Counted from the stretch's first letter, positions 9,438-19,839 are shown. The stretch is DNA of 61,962 nt from Candidatus Bathyarchaeota archaeon (GCA_026015185.1 JAOZGX010000114.1:1-61962), one strand, 5' to 3'. Translations and numbers: made by a program. The notes: generated by a model from the letters alone, not told the origin.

Positions 9438-11978
9438 ATGAAAGCTCCTCCTGAAAGATTGGGATCATTCTATTTAGGTGCAGAATACGACTTAAAGCTA
9501 AATGAAATTCTTAAAAATCAAATAAATTATGATGCACGTGATTTGACCACTCATGCAGTCTGTGTCGGAATGACTGGAAGTGGTAAAACAGGTTTATGTG
9601 TTGGCCTTTTAGAAGAAGCTGCTTTGGATAGCGTCCCAGCTATTTTGATTGATCCAAAAGGTGACATCACCAATATGCTTCTTCAGTTCCCTAAATTGAA
9701 ACCAGAAGATTTCTTACCATGGATTAATCCGGACGATGCAAGGCGTAAAAATAAAACTAAAGAGCAATATTCAGAATATATTGCTAATTTATGGCAAAAC
9801 GGTCTTAAAAAATGGGGTATTGAACCTAAGCGAATTCAAGCTTTAAAAGAATCTGCTGATTTTACTATTTATACTCCTGGATCAAATTCAGGAATACCTA
9901 TAAGTATTCTGGGAAGCTTAGCGGCCCCTGTTCTAGATTTTGATGATCACGCTGAGATTGTTAGAGAAAGGATCAACGGTACTGTAGCTGCTCTAATGGA
10001 ATTGGCTGGGATAGATGCGGATCCCGTTAGGAGCCGAGAAGCAATTTTGCTTTCCAATATTTTTGAACACTTCTGGCGTAAGAATGAAGATCTTGACCTG
10101 ACCAAGCTTATTATGTCGATTCAAAATCCGCCTGTTAGACAATTAGGTGTTTTTGATGTAGATACATTCTATCCTGAAAAAGATAGGTTTGAGTTAGCGA
10201 TGGCTTTCAATAATCTGGTTGCCTCATCTAGTTTTCAAAGTTGGTTGCAAGGAGATCCTTTAAATGTTGAAAATCTGCTTTACACTGAAGAAGGGAAGCC
10301 AAGGCATAGTATTTTCTACATTGCACACCTTTCTGATCGAGAGCGAATGTTTTTTGTTACATTATTACTCGAAAATATGGTTACATGGATTAGAAAGCAA
10401 AGTGGCACCACAAGTTTACGAGCATTGCTTTATTTTGATGAAGTATTCGGATTCTTCCCACCTGTTGCTGAGCCACCTTCGAAACGACCTTTGCTAACAT
10501 TAATAAAACAAGCAAGAGCTTTCGGTTTGGGTGTGATATTGGTAACACAGAATCCAGTTGATATTGACTATAAAGGTTTAACAAATGCAGGTACATGGTT
10601 TATCGGCAAGCTTCAAACAGAGCGCGATAAAGATCGTGTCCTAAATGGGTTAAAAGGTGCCATCTCTGAAGCAGGTGGCAGTCGTAAGAAAGTAGATTAC
10701 GACACACTTATCAGTAAACTCAAAAGTCGAGTCTTCCTTATGCACAATGTCCACGAAGATAAACCAGTAACTTTCCACACGAGATGGGTTATGTGTTACT
10801 TACGTGGGCCTCTGACTAGACCACAAGTTAAAAAATTGATGAAAGGTAAGAAAGAGATCATATCAAGAATTGAAGAGAAATATGTCAAGACTCCAACTAT
10901 AACCTCAAAAGTTCAAAAATCTGAAATTGCTTTGCAGGAATCTGGAATTCTAACAATTCCACCTGCTTTGGAACCATCTATAACCCAAGTTTATGTGCCT
11001 ATAAAATTTAATGAAAAGGAAGCAATAAATCAACTATCGCAGCAACTTGGAAGGTCACTAGCTACAAAAAATATGCGATTAATATATCAACCTGCAATTC
11101 TAGGCAATGCTGCTATTCGTTTTCTAGATAGAAAACGGAATATAGATGAAAAGATCGAAAAAATAGCTTTTGCATATGTAGATGATAATATATCCGCACT
11201 AGATTGGGATAATTCAGAATCTCTGTTAATGGATATTAATGATCTGCTTAGAAACCCTCAAGAAATTGAGAAAAAATATGGGCCATTTTATTTACCTGTC
11301 CCAGAAAATGCCAATAGTGCTAAAGAAATCGAAAATATGGGTAAAGAATTGGTTAACTGGTTGTACTCTAGTAGTTCCTTAGAGTTGAGAATTCATCCTG
11401 ACTTGAAGATATTCCAGAGGCCTGGTGAAAGCGAACGTGAATTTACAATTAGATTACAGCAAGCCGCAAGGGAACATCGCGATGCAGAGGTGGACAATCT
11501 TGAGAAGAAATATGAAAAGCAACTCGATAAATTAGAAGATAAACTTCGAAAATTGGATAGGGAATTATCTACTCGTGAAGCTGATTATGAAGGAAGAAAA
11601 AGAGAAGAATTGCTAGGCACTGGTGGAACAGTTCTTGGCTATTTTCTTGGTAAAAGAAGTACAAGTAGCCTTGGTACTATTGCAAGGAGACGACGCATGA
11701 CATCCAAAGCAAAAATGAAAGTAGAGGAGACCAAGGAAGAGATATCTGAATTAAAAGAGGATATGGTCAATATAGAAATTGAGCTTAAAGAGGCTACAGA
11801 GGAGATTACCCATAAATGGATGGAATTCTCCGATGACATAATAAAAGAAAAATTGAAACCAAGAAGAACAGATGTGGATTTACAGTTGGTAGCTTTAGCC
11901 TGGTTGCCTTTCTGGAATATGGATTACAAGGATAGAAAAATTACTAAATCTATAGAGGTCCCAGCGTATTCCAAGTAA
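9438..11978 (+). CDS. HerA/FtsK-superfamily P-loop ATPase with long C-terminal coiled coil
   Basis: Walker A GMTGSGKTG followed by LIDPKGD, Walker B-like LLYFDEVFGFFP, VTQNPVDIDYK, and a charged heptad-rich C-terminal third. Confidence 0.65.
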   Translation: MKAPPERLGSFYLGAEYDLKLNEILKNQINYDARDLTTHAVCVGMTGSGKTGLCVGLLEEAALDSVPAILIDPKGDITNMLLQFPKLKPEDFLPWINPDDARRKNKTKEQYSEYIANLWQNGLKKWGIEPKRIQALKESADFTIYTPGSNSGIPISILGSLAAPVLDFDDHAEIVRERINGTVAALMELAGIDADPVRSREAILLSNIFEHFWRKNEDLDLTKLIMSIQNPPVRQLGVFDVDTFYPEKDRFELAMAFNNLVASSSFQSWLQGDPLNVENLLYTEEGKPRHSIFYIAHLSDRERMFFVTLLLENMVTWIRKQSGTTSLRALLYFDEVFGFFPPVAEPPSKRPLLTLIKQARAFGLGVILVTQNPVDIDYKGLTNAGTWFIGKLQTERDKDRVLNGLKGAISEAGGSRKKVDYDTLISKLKSRVFLMHNVHEDKPVTFHTRWVMCYLRGPLTRPQVKKLMKGKKEIISRIEEKYVKTPTITSKVQKSEIALQESGILTIPPALEPSITQVYVPIKFNEKEAINQLSQQLGRSLATKNMRLIYQPAILGNAAIRFLDRKRNIDEKIEKIAFAYVDDNISALDWDNSESLLMDINDLLRNPQEIEKKYGPFYLPVPENANSAKEIENMGKELVNWLYSSSSLELRIHPDLKIFQRPGESEREFTIRLQQAAREHRDAEVDNLEKKYEKQLDKLEDKLRKLDRELSTREADYEGRKREELLGTGGTVLGYFLGKRSTSSLGTIARRRRMTSKAKMKVEETKEEISELKEDMVNIEIELKEATEEITHKWMEFSDDIIKEKLKPRRTDVDLQLVALAWLPFWNMDYKDRKITKSIEVPAYSK

Positions 11979-12086
11979 AAATCAGTAATATCTTAAATTA
12001 TGAATAATTATATCATGCATACTAATGTAAAAAAAATTCTCTATTATCCTAAAAAATAAAAAAAATAATTTGAAAATTTCTAAGAC

Positions 12087-12755
12087 TTACAATCTACTTC
12101 CGCATTCTGAGCAATATTTCATTTTGGATTCGATTGCAGATCCGCATTTTTGACAACGAGGTTGCATGACTTCTGATAATAAGCTTCCTAGAATACCGCC
12201 TCCACTACTAGACCTCGAGCTATCCAAACTCTTAAAAAGCATTCCAGCAACATCGTCGATTATCTGGTCATCCCCATCTTGATCAATTAAGGAAGCGATA
12301 CCCTTAGTACCCACGCCACCTTTATCACGTTTGTTAGTTAATGCGCCTAAAATTAATGGTGCTAACATTACTATTAATTTCATAGCCATGCCTTTATCTA
12401 TATTAAATCTGTTCGACATCATGTCCGCTGCCTGAACACCCGATTCCCCTAAAAGACCACCTAAGCGAGGATCTGACTTTTTTTCTTTTGCACGCGTTGC
12501 TAACTCTTTATCAACATCAGATAGAACGCTAGCTTTACCATATTTATTGAGGATGTGGTTAACTCGATCAGCTCGGGCATTTTGATCAGAACCGCCATGT
12601 TGTGACATTTGTTTTTTCAATCCGGCAAGTATCATTGGTGCGACTACCGGTATCATTTGAAGAATAACGTCTTGTTTTATTCCAAGATTTGAAGAGGCTT
12701 GTTTGCTAACATCACGTCCGTAGTCTTGTAGAAATTCTTCAACAAAATCTGCCAT
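12087..12755 (-). CDS. DUF937-like protein with C-terminal zinc ribbon
   Basis: Repeated LAPLILGAL-type helices and a terminal CQKCGS...CSECGS ribbon. Confidence 0.45.
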   Translation of the reverse strand: MADFVEEFLQDYGRDVSKQASSNLGIKQDVILQMIPVVAPMILAGLKKQMSQHGGSDQNARADRVNHILNKYGKASVLSDVDKELATRAKEKKSDPRLGGLLGESGVQAADMMSNRFNIDKGMAMKLIVMLAPLILGALTNKRDKGGVGTKGIASLIDQDGDDQIIDDVAGMLFKSLDSSRSSSGGGILGSLLSEVMQPRCQKCGSAIESKMKYCSECGSRL

Positions 12756-12862
12756 AAAAACTACTCCTAATTTAAAATTATCTTCTTTAAAATGCCATTT
12801 AATAATTCTTAAACTTTTAATAGAATTCTTTTTAATTCAAATAATTACTTACTATTTAAGGA

Positions 12863-13126
12863 GTGATTTTGATGCTCAAAATAACAAAAAGAGATGGAAG
12901 AAGCGAGGATTTTATTTACGAGAAGATAGTCACCAGCGCTGTTAAATCTGGAGCTACGATAGATGTTGCCCGAAACATCGCTAAGCAAATAGAAGGCAGC
13001 ATTAAGGAAGGCGCTTCAACTAAAGAGATCAAGCAAATGGTTCTTGAAGCTTTAGGAAAAGAGAATCCAGATTGGGAAAATAATTGGCTCACATATGATA
13101 GAGCGGTAAAGAAAAGAGAGGAATAG
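12863..13126 (+). CDS. ATP-cone domain protein
   Basis: ITKRDGRSEDFIYEKI... matches the start of the ATP-cone. 87 aa, stand-alone. Confidence 0.6.
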   Translation: MILMLKITKRDGRSEDFIYEKIVTSAVKSGATIDVARNIAKQIEGSIKEGASTKEIKQMVLEALGKENPDWENNWLTYDRAVKKREE

Positions 13127-13214
13127 AAAATACCAAAATAGAAACTTTAATCGATTCTTTAATCTAGGTGAACAGCTATTTCAAAAATAAATTTGATAAA
13201 GAAGATGAGCTTCA

Positions 13215-13886
13215 ATGGCTGATTCTGCGATAAGTAATGCATTGCGTTTCCTAGATTCTATTCGTGTTGATGATACACGTTCAGAATATTATGAAGTAGC
13301 AGAAAAAAACCACTCTGAATATAGAGTATATAATCAGAGTCAATATCTAATATCTATTTTATTCAATCGAATAGGAAGAAAAGATATCGTTCAAGCGATT
13401 AGAAGTAAGCACCCGCCCGATGAGCGAGATAATGATCCTAGACGAAGGAAGCATAAAGCATTTGATAGATTTTGCATACTTGAAGGTGATACAGAAAATT
13501 TCTATCTTGCAAAGAGGAGAAGCTCATCATATAACGATGAGTTAGCTTTAATAGCTCTGTATTGGCTTGAAAGAGAGAAACCTAAATCTGCAAATAGTTT
13601 ATGGAAGAAGTTATATTCTAAATATGATCTCAATATTGGTTTTCTGAAGATGGATAAAGCCGACTCAAAGAGAAACCTTTACCCTTTATATAAAGTAGCA
13701 CTTCTTGGGATTCTTGCAAAAGGAATGAAAAAAATGGACGTTGTTAATAAAATGCAGAATGACCTAAGAAAATGGCAACATCCACTAGGTGGTTGGGTTA
13801 CTGATCGTACTAAAAAGCTTAGACCAGATGGAGTAGCAAATATAGAAACTACTGTTCTTTGTTCACTAGCTCTAATGCCTGATTGA
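13215..13886 (+). CDS. Hypothetical cytoplasmic protein
   Basis: Long ORF with no antisense competitor and no motif I recognise (one GGW element). Confidence 0.4.
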   Translation: MADSAISNALRFLDSIRVDDTRSEYYEVAEKNHSEYRVYNQSQYLISILFNRIGRKDIVQAIRSKHPPDERDNDPRRRKHKAFDRFCILEGDTENFYLAKRRSSSYNDELALIALYWLEREKPKSANSLWKKLYSKYDLNIGFLKMDKADSKRNLYPLYKVALLGILAKGMKKMDVVNKMQNDLRKWQHPLGGWVTDRTKKLRPDGVANIETTVLCSLALMPD

Positions 13887-13915
13887 ATTTAATTTTTAAT
13901 ATAGGTTGAATATTA

Positions 13916-14635
13916 TTGACAGCTCGTAATAGAATATTGAGAACAATATTTTTTCTTATAATAGTCATGTGTTTTACTTCTATAATCGGTATTTATGGTA
14001 ATGAAAACAAGCTAGTATTGAATGTTATAACACCATCTTGCGGAGAGAATTTAGATCCCGGAGAATACATATACTTTCATGGTCAAGTCACTGTTGATGG
14101 AGATGGTATTTCTGGAGCATCAGTTGTTGTTCATGTAGTAAGTCCAAAAGGTGGATACCATAACGGAACAAGAATATCTGATTCAAATGGATACTTCAAT
14201 TATCCTGTTCGTTTAGGAGAAGATGCAATTTTTGGTAGATGGCCAGTCTTAGTAAAAGCAGATTTAGCTGGATATGAGGGGGATTCTAAAGATTGTTATT
14301 TGGTAGTGGGCGATGAACAGCTTGAACAGCCGGAAGATACAGAGACACCAGAACAACCTGATCAAATTGAGGAGATAATTGGTGAGGAAACAACTGAAAT
14401 TATCAATCAAACTGAAATAAAAGAAACAACTCATGTACCAGAGGAAATTCTAGAAACTGAGAAAGAACCAGAGATTTCATTACCAGAATCAGAAATTAGT
14501 AAACCATTATTACCGACAATTAATTGGACTATGATCCTAGTAGCATTAATTACCTGTATTACAATAATTACAATAGCAGTTATACATTATAAACACAAAG
14601 AAGATAATCCCAAATCCAGAAAGGGTAAAGCTTAA
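13916..14635 (+). CDS. Secreted, C-terminally membrane-anchored protein with acidic PE-rich linker
   Basis: N-terminal signal/TM, beta-rich domain, EQPEDTETPEQPDQ linker, C-terminal TM plus basic tail. Confidence 0.5.
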   Translation: MTARNRILRTIFFLIIVMCFTSIIGIYGNENKLVLNVITPSCGENLDPGEYIYFHGQVTVDGDGISGASVVVHVVSPKGGYHNGTRISDSNGYFNYPVRLGEDAIFGRWPVLVKADLAGYEGDSKDCYLVVGDEQLEQPEDTETPEQPDQIEEIIGEETTEIINQTEIKETTHVPEEILETEKEPEISLPESEISKPLLPTINWTMILVALITCITIITIAVIHYKHKEDNPKSRKGKA

Positions 14636-14722
14636 CCTGACATCAAGTTTAAACAGGAATTACAAATTAAATCAATTGCAGGACAGATATGTCTAATAAT
14701 TAATTATTATGTATAATCATAA

Positions 14723-15238
14723 TTATTCTTGAGTTTGGACTTTAATAGACCAAGACTTTAAATTCCAAGGAGTAATTTCAATATAAAAATCACCTGGCCC
14801 CTCATAAATGTAATAAATGCGTGTTCGTGCTATACCATAACAAGTCTTCTCGCAAGTTTTCGGAGCAATATAACCCTCACCCTCATAATCTACAGGTATA
14901 ATATGCATATTGAAACCTACATATTTTGCCCTTTCTAATGCTTCAGCTTCGAATATGACTCGCCAATAATTTGATGATATGTGAAATTCTTCAGTAGATA
15001 TTGGTTCTTGTGTACCATCTGTCTTAGAAAATTCTTGCATCGTTACCCAATCTTCATCTTGTATTGTTTGAGTTATACTTTCTTGAATTTGTGGAGCGCT
15101 TGGTTCTTGTGTTTCATGTTGTAATCGTTTTTCGAACAAGGTTTGTATTGTAATTCCAGAAACAAGCCCTAGTATGAAAACCAATATAATGATTGATATA
15201 AGAATTCGATTACCAAATAATTTAGAATCTATTTTCAT
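14723..15238 (-). CDS. N-terminally anchored extracytoplasmic hypothetical protein
   Basis: One N-terminal TM helix, then a soluble domain. Confidence 0.45.
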   Translation of the reverse strand: MKIDSKLFGNRILISIIILVFILGLVSGITIQTLFEKRLQHETQEPSAPQIQESITQTIQDEDWVTMQEFSKTDGTQEPISTEEFHISSNYWRVIFEAEALERAKYVGFNMHIIPVDYEGEGYIAPKTCEKTCYGIARTRIYYIYEGPGDFYIEITPWNLKSWSIKVQTQE

Positions 15239-15336
15239 TTGACCTTTTTAATGGTATAACTATTATTTATAACTTAATGAATTGTTACTCCTCTTTGAAC
15301 AGTAAAATTCTGAATATGTTCAGCAAATAGTACGGT

Positions 15337-15963
15337 TTAATGCTCTCGACTTCTAATTTTTTCCAACCAATTATTAAATTCATTATAGAATTCTGTGTTT
15401 AATGTCTTTTCTCTTTCACCATGCCATGCTGTTCTCAACTTGAAATAATCCATTCTTTCGTACTCATCATCATGAACAATTTCTTTATGCGGTTTTACAG
15501 CATTCTTAGTATCACTTATACCATCCCAATCTTCATTCACAGGAAAGCTCTCTCTTTTTAAAGGCAAATCCCAGGTGGCATCAATTATTACCCATTTTTT
15601 ATTTATGTATGCTTTGCATGCGATATGATATCCTGTAGACATTTTTTCCGCTAGTTTTCTAATCTTGGGAGGAATATTTGCCTCTAAATCATTCCAATTA
15701 AATGGATAGGATACGTATTTAATTGGGATATTTAGTTTCTGATACATTATCCCCAATAGAAAGTGCTTTGGTGAACAAGAACCTCTATTTTTTGTTAAAA
15801 TTCCAATTGGGCCTTTCACAGGATCTATAAGCTCTGATACTGTAGCATAAGGAATATCTCTAATATTTTCAAATATCTTTATCCTGCTTTTTATTGGACT
15901 TGAATTCTCGGTCCATTCTTCGAATTTTTTAAGAATGATACTTTTTACCATTTTTTCCCACAA
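15337..15963 (-). CDS. Transglutaminase-like cysteine protease-fold protein (cytoplasmic)
   Basis: GSCSPKHFLL (Cys), ...YHIACKAY (His), ...IIDAT (Asp) in transglutaminase-core order. Confidence 0.6.
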   Translation of the reverse strand: MWEKMVKSIILKKFEEWTENSSPIKSRIKIFENIRDIPYATVSELIDPVKGPIGILTKNRGSCSPKHFLLGIMYQKLNIPIKYVSYPFNWNDLEANIPPKIRKLAEKMSTGYHIACKAYINKKWVIIDATWDLPLKRESFPVNEDWDGISDTKNAVKPHKEIVHDDEYERMDYFKLRTAWHGEREKTLNTEFYNEFNNWLEKIRSREH

Positions 15964-16044
15964 ATTTTCTTAGCGAATTTTCATTTTATTTTTTTTATAA
16001 CACACGCTAAATTCTTCGTATATCTGTAATTAGAAACATCCATT

Positions 16045-17037
16045 TTATGTAAATCCTAGCAGGACAAATTGCAATCCGATACTCGCTACATATAATATTG
16101 AGAGAGTAATTCCGTCAGAAAGCGTTAGTTTCCTATCAAACATTAATGAGACTGCAAGAATAGTGAGAATACCCGTCCAATAAACTTGGAATCTCAAAAG
16201 ACCGTTAGGGTTTATTATCATACCGGCTCCATGGAATAAAGTTGCTCCAAATATCATTACTGATATTAGTAGAGTATTGTTCAGAATTTTAGAGCCTAAC
16301 ACATTGGCTACTGAAATTGAGACCCCTCTTTCACCCTTGCTTGCAAGCAACATTACTGAGATTTTTTCAGGCATCTCACCTGCCAAGGGGCTTAGAATTA
16401 CGGCTATAATCGCAGCTGATACACCTATGCTTCCAGCGAATTGTTCAAGTGAATGGACGAATGGTTCAGCACATAGAAATGTACCCAAAGTTCCAACTAG
16501 AAATAACAGAATAGCTTTGATTCCTAAAGTAAAGGTACCCTTTTTTTTATTTGTTGTTATAGGCCTTATACATCTTGTTTCTTGAAAGGCGAATATTAAA
16601 TATATGATGAAAACTGTTAAGAAGATAAATCCGTCTATGATATCGTAACCGTCAATAAACATCACTACACCAAGAATGGCTGTTAAAATTAAGAAAATTA
16701 AATCTAACTTGAAACTTTCGATATTGATCTCTTTAACAGCTTTCTTTGACAAACGGGTTGTTGCAATCAAAATCATTACCGATAATCCCAAACTCATCAT
16801 CAATATGTTGCTTCCAAGAGCTGAGCCCAAAGCCACCTCATAAAGAGCCATTCTTGCAGCATAGAAAACTATTATTATCTCTGGCAATGTGGTGGCTATA
16901 CTTAGCAAGGTTCTTCCAACAAACTTCCCACTTAGAAAGTGAGATAAAGATTCAGCTCCGCTTGATAAGAAAAAGCTTGCAACTACTAGGCCTCCTAGCC
17001 AAAAGATCATTGAGGTTACAGGTGAACTTACATCCAA
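16045..17037 (-). CDS. Ca2+/cation antiporter (CaCA/NCX family)
   Basis: Two alpha-repeats (ATTLPEIIIV...GSNILMMSLG and LAGEMPEKISV...GSKILNNTLL), about 10 TM. Confidence 0.8.
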   Translation of the reverse strand: MDVSSPVTSMIFWLGGLVVASFFLSSGAESLSHFLSGKFVGRTLLSIATTLPEIIIVFYAARMALYEVALGSALGSNILMMSLGLSVMILIATTRLSKKAVKEINIESFKLDLIFLILTAILGVVMFIDGYDIIDGFIFLTVFIIYLIFAFQETRCIRPITTNKKKGTFTLGIKAILLFLVGTLGTFLCAEPFVHSLEQFAGSIGVSAAIIAVILSPLAGEMPEKISVMLLASKGERGVSISVANVLGSKILNNTLLISVMIFGATLFHGAGMIINPNGLLRFQVYWTGILTILAVSLMFDRKLTLSDGITLSILYVASIGLQFVLLGFT

Positions 17038-17040
17038 AGA

Positions 17041-18015
17041 TCAAGCACCATGTCTTCTTTTTGTTATTGCTATTGACAAACATATTAAAATGAAAGAGAT
17101 GATTCCAACAATGATGAGATAATTATTGACCAATTGGTTTATTATGAATTCAGTTATGAGATTTATTTTTGCTTCGTTAGAATTGGTGTCTTGAATTGGA
17201 AATTCAGTAGGCTGGGGAGTAGGTTGCATATTCTCTGATATAGTTATTGATTCTAAATTCTCGATCTTATATGAAGGAATTTTTATTTTATTGTAATCAA
17301 ACGATTCTGCAAAAGTCTGCAATTCAAGATGTAAATCATCTGGGCTTTCAACGCCATAATCCCACATATCCTTGCCTTTGAGAATAACGTAATACCCTTC
17401 TATTTCATTTTCAGTTTTTATTGGTATAACAGAATTTGAAGAATTGTAATCCATAATAAAATCTCCAGAGGATGGATCTATTAGAATCCATTTTGATGAA
17501 ACATAAGTTTCAACAAATACATGCCCAGCATAATCAGTTCTTGCACCAGCTTTATATTCCGCAGCCCATGAAATGCTTGCCGTATCCACCATAAGAGAAG
17601 GATAGCCCAGGTAGCGAGCTACAGCTGAGAAAATTAGTGCAACATCACTACAACCAGATAATTCTTTTTTATTAAGCAATTTATCAGTTGTGACCTTCCC
17701 AATCAATTTACCTCCACCTTTAAACATTTGAAAATCTCTTTGAATCCAAAGATATAGCTCCCTAAGCCCTTCAAAATTTTCAAACTTTTTGAATCTTTCC
17801 TCTAACTCCTCTATGATTTCTTGTGAGGAAATAATGGATTGTAAACCAGGAGTTAGATATAATTCAGGATCATCATAGTCTATATTCCATCGATTTTTAG
17901 AACAAAAACAGGGATCTATAATTGTGGATCCAATTATCAGTAACGATAAAATCACGACTCTAAGAATCTTACAGTCAAATTCTAGAAAAGCATCGACTTT
18001 CAAAGGATTACTCAT
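17041..18015 (-). CDS. Extracellular transglutaminase-like protein with C-terminal TM anchor
   Basis: Signal/TM at the N-terminus, GCSDVALIF (Cys), GHVFVE (His), LIDPS (Asp), C-terminal TM plus KRRHGA. Confidence 0.6.
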   Translation of the reverse strand: MSNPLKVDAFLEFDCKILRVVILSLLIIGSTIIDPCFCSKNRWNIDYDDPELYLTPGLQSIISSQEIIEELEERFKKFENFEGLRELYLWIQRDFQMFKGGGKLIGKVTTDKLLNKKELSGCSDVALIFSAVARYLGYPSLMVDTASISWAAEYKAGARTDYAGHVFVETYVSSKWILIDPSSGDFIMDYNSSNSVIPIKTENEIEGYYVILKGKDMWDYGVESPDDLHLELQTFAESFDYNKIKIPSYKIENLESITISENMQPTPQPTEFPIQDTNSNEAKINLITEFIINQLVNNYLIIVGIISFILICLSIAITKRRHGA

Positions 18016-18187
18016 TATGTTCTCTCATTAAATTGTTTAATTCTTTCATTATAATTAAAAATTAACAATATAGACCTAGGCTGTAATTGGAGTGGAACTT
18101 TTAACCTACAAACTTTTTGCTTACTTAATGTTAGGTACTTTATTTTTTATATTATGAATTATGTAGAATAGTTTCTTGTAAGAAATT

Positions 18188-19804
18188 ATGAAGGTTAAAA
18201 TTAAGATGTCAAAAGATGAAAAAATTGACTTTTCAAGAAGAAGCTTTCTAAAGACTGTTGGTACTGCAGTTGTTGGCTTGGCAGTAGGTGCAGGGGTTGG
18301 CTATGGAGTTTATCCAACAATCAATCCATCTGGAGCTGAGAGGACAGTCACTGTAACCACTGGAGAAGGACCAGGAGGAATCACTTCTATTCCAGTTGAA
18401 GGTAAGGAGCCCCATGAAAGATTAATGAACGCAATGAAATTTGTGGCTGAAAGAGATGACTTAAAAGGAAAAGATTTTACTCTTATGCATCCTGGAGGAG
18501 GTTCAGCATGTTATGCTGCTGTTAAGGAAGAATTTGAGAGTGAGACTGGATTAAGTTTCGTCAATGCTGAGGTTCCTTTAAACGAGATATTTGATAAAGC
18601 TATGCTTGAAGCAGTTAGTAAAACTGGCGATTACGATGCATTCAGTCTTCAGCCAATGATGTTAGGGGATATTGCAGAGTCTGGTCTTGTAATTCCACTG
18701 GATGATTATATTAAATGGTTTGATAGTCGTTTCCATGGATTGCCCGATGGATACATATATCCTTTGGATTATATAATGGCTGAGTATAAAGGGAAGAAGT
18801 ATTTAACTCCACAAGATGGAGATGTACAAGCTCTTTATGTACGTACGGATTTGTTAAATGATCCCGCTAATCAAGATAACTTTGAAACGCAGTATGGATA
18901 TCCACTTAAACCAGCTAACACGATCCAAGAATATTGGAATCATGGTGAGTTCTTCAATAATCCGGATGAAGACTTTTATGGTATAGTAGAGTTCAGAAGT
19001 GCAGAAAGATGCTACATGGTGTGGTTCATATATTACACTTCAATGAAATATCCGAATATGCTACCATTTGATGAAAACATGGAACCATTGATAGACAGTG
19101 ATGAGGGTATTCAAGCTACTGAGGAATTTGTAGAATCCTTAAAGTACATGCCATCGGAAACCCCATCATGGGACTGGCAAGTAGGATATCAGATGTATTC
19201 AGGTGGACAAATATTCACATCAATGAACTTTCCCTCCTTATCCAATATGAACAATAATCCTGAAATATCTAAAATAATTGGGAAATGGTCAGCCGAAGTT
19301 ATTCCAGGTCATAAAGTCAAAGGTCCAGACGATAAAGAGATAATACTTAGAAGAAGTGTACAAGGAGCAGGATGGGGTATACTTGTTAGTGACTATTCAA
19401 AGATGAAAGATTTTGCAGCTTTATGGGCTTTATGGTTCACTAGTCCAGAAAAGTCATCCATAGCTGTAAGTTATCCTGCTTCATGGATGGATCCAACAAG
19501 ATATAATCATGTTGGGCCTAATGCAGATGAGAGAGTCATAAAAGCGAGAGGTCCTATTCTGCAAAACTTTGAACAAAATGCTAGTATATGTGCCCCTGTA
19601 GTAAGTGGGATCAGAGGTTGCTTCGAATACAATACAACATTAAGCAGAAACCTACACGCAACGATGTCGGGTACAATGGATCCAACAGAGTGTATGGAAA
19701 GAACTGCTGAAGAATGGAATGATATAACTGAGAGAATAGGAAGAGAAAAGCAGGTAGAAGCCTGGAAAGATTTCATGAAAACATATCCAACAACTATAAT
19801 ATAG
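18188..19804 (+). CDS. Tat-signal extracellular solute-binding protein (ABC family-1 type), paralog A
   Basis: SRRSFLK twin-arginine signal followed by a hydrophobic segment. About 540 aa SBP-like. By eye roughly two-thirds identical to 59005..60609. Confidence 0.8.
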   Translation: MKVKIKMSKDEKIDFSRRSFLKTVGTAVVGLAVGAGVGYGVYPTINPSGAERTVTVTTGEGPGGITSIPVEGKEPHERLMNAMKFVAERDDLKGKDFTLMHPGGGSACYAAVKEEFESETGLSFVNAEVPLNEIFDKAMLEAVSKTGDYDAFSLQPMMLGDIAESGLVIPLDDYIKWFDSRFHGLPDGYIYPLDYIMAEYKGKKYLTPQDGDVQALYVRTDLLNDPANQDNFETQYGYPLKPANTIQEYWNHGEFFNNPDEDFYGIVEFRSAERCYMVWFIYYTSMKYPNMLPFDENMEPLIDSDEGIQATEEFVESLKYMPSETPSWDWQVGYQMYSGGQIFTSMNFPSLSNMNNNPEISKIIGKWSAEVIPGHKVKGPDDKEIILRRSVQGAGWGILVSDYSKMKDFAALWALWFTSPEKSSIAVSYPASWMDPTRYNHVGPNADERVIKARGPILQNFEQNASICAPVVSGIRGCFEYNTTLSRNLHATMSGTMDPTECMERTAEEWNDITERIGREKQVEAWKDFMKTYPTTII

Positions 19805-19839
19805 CTTTGAAAAAACGCAATTTCCGTCATTTTTGGAAG

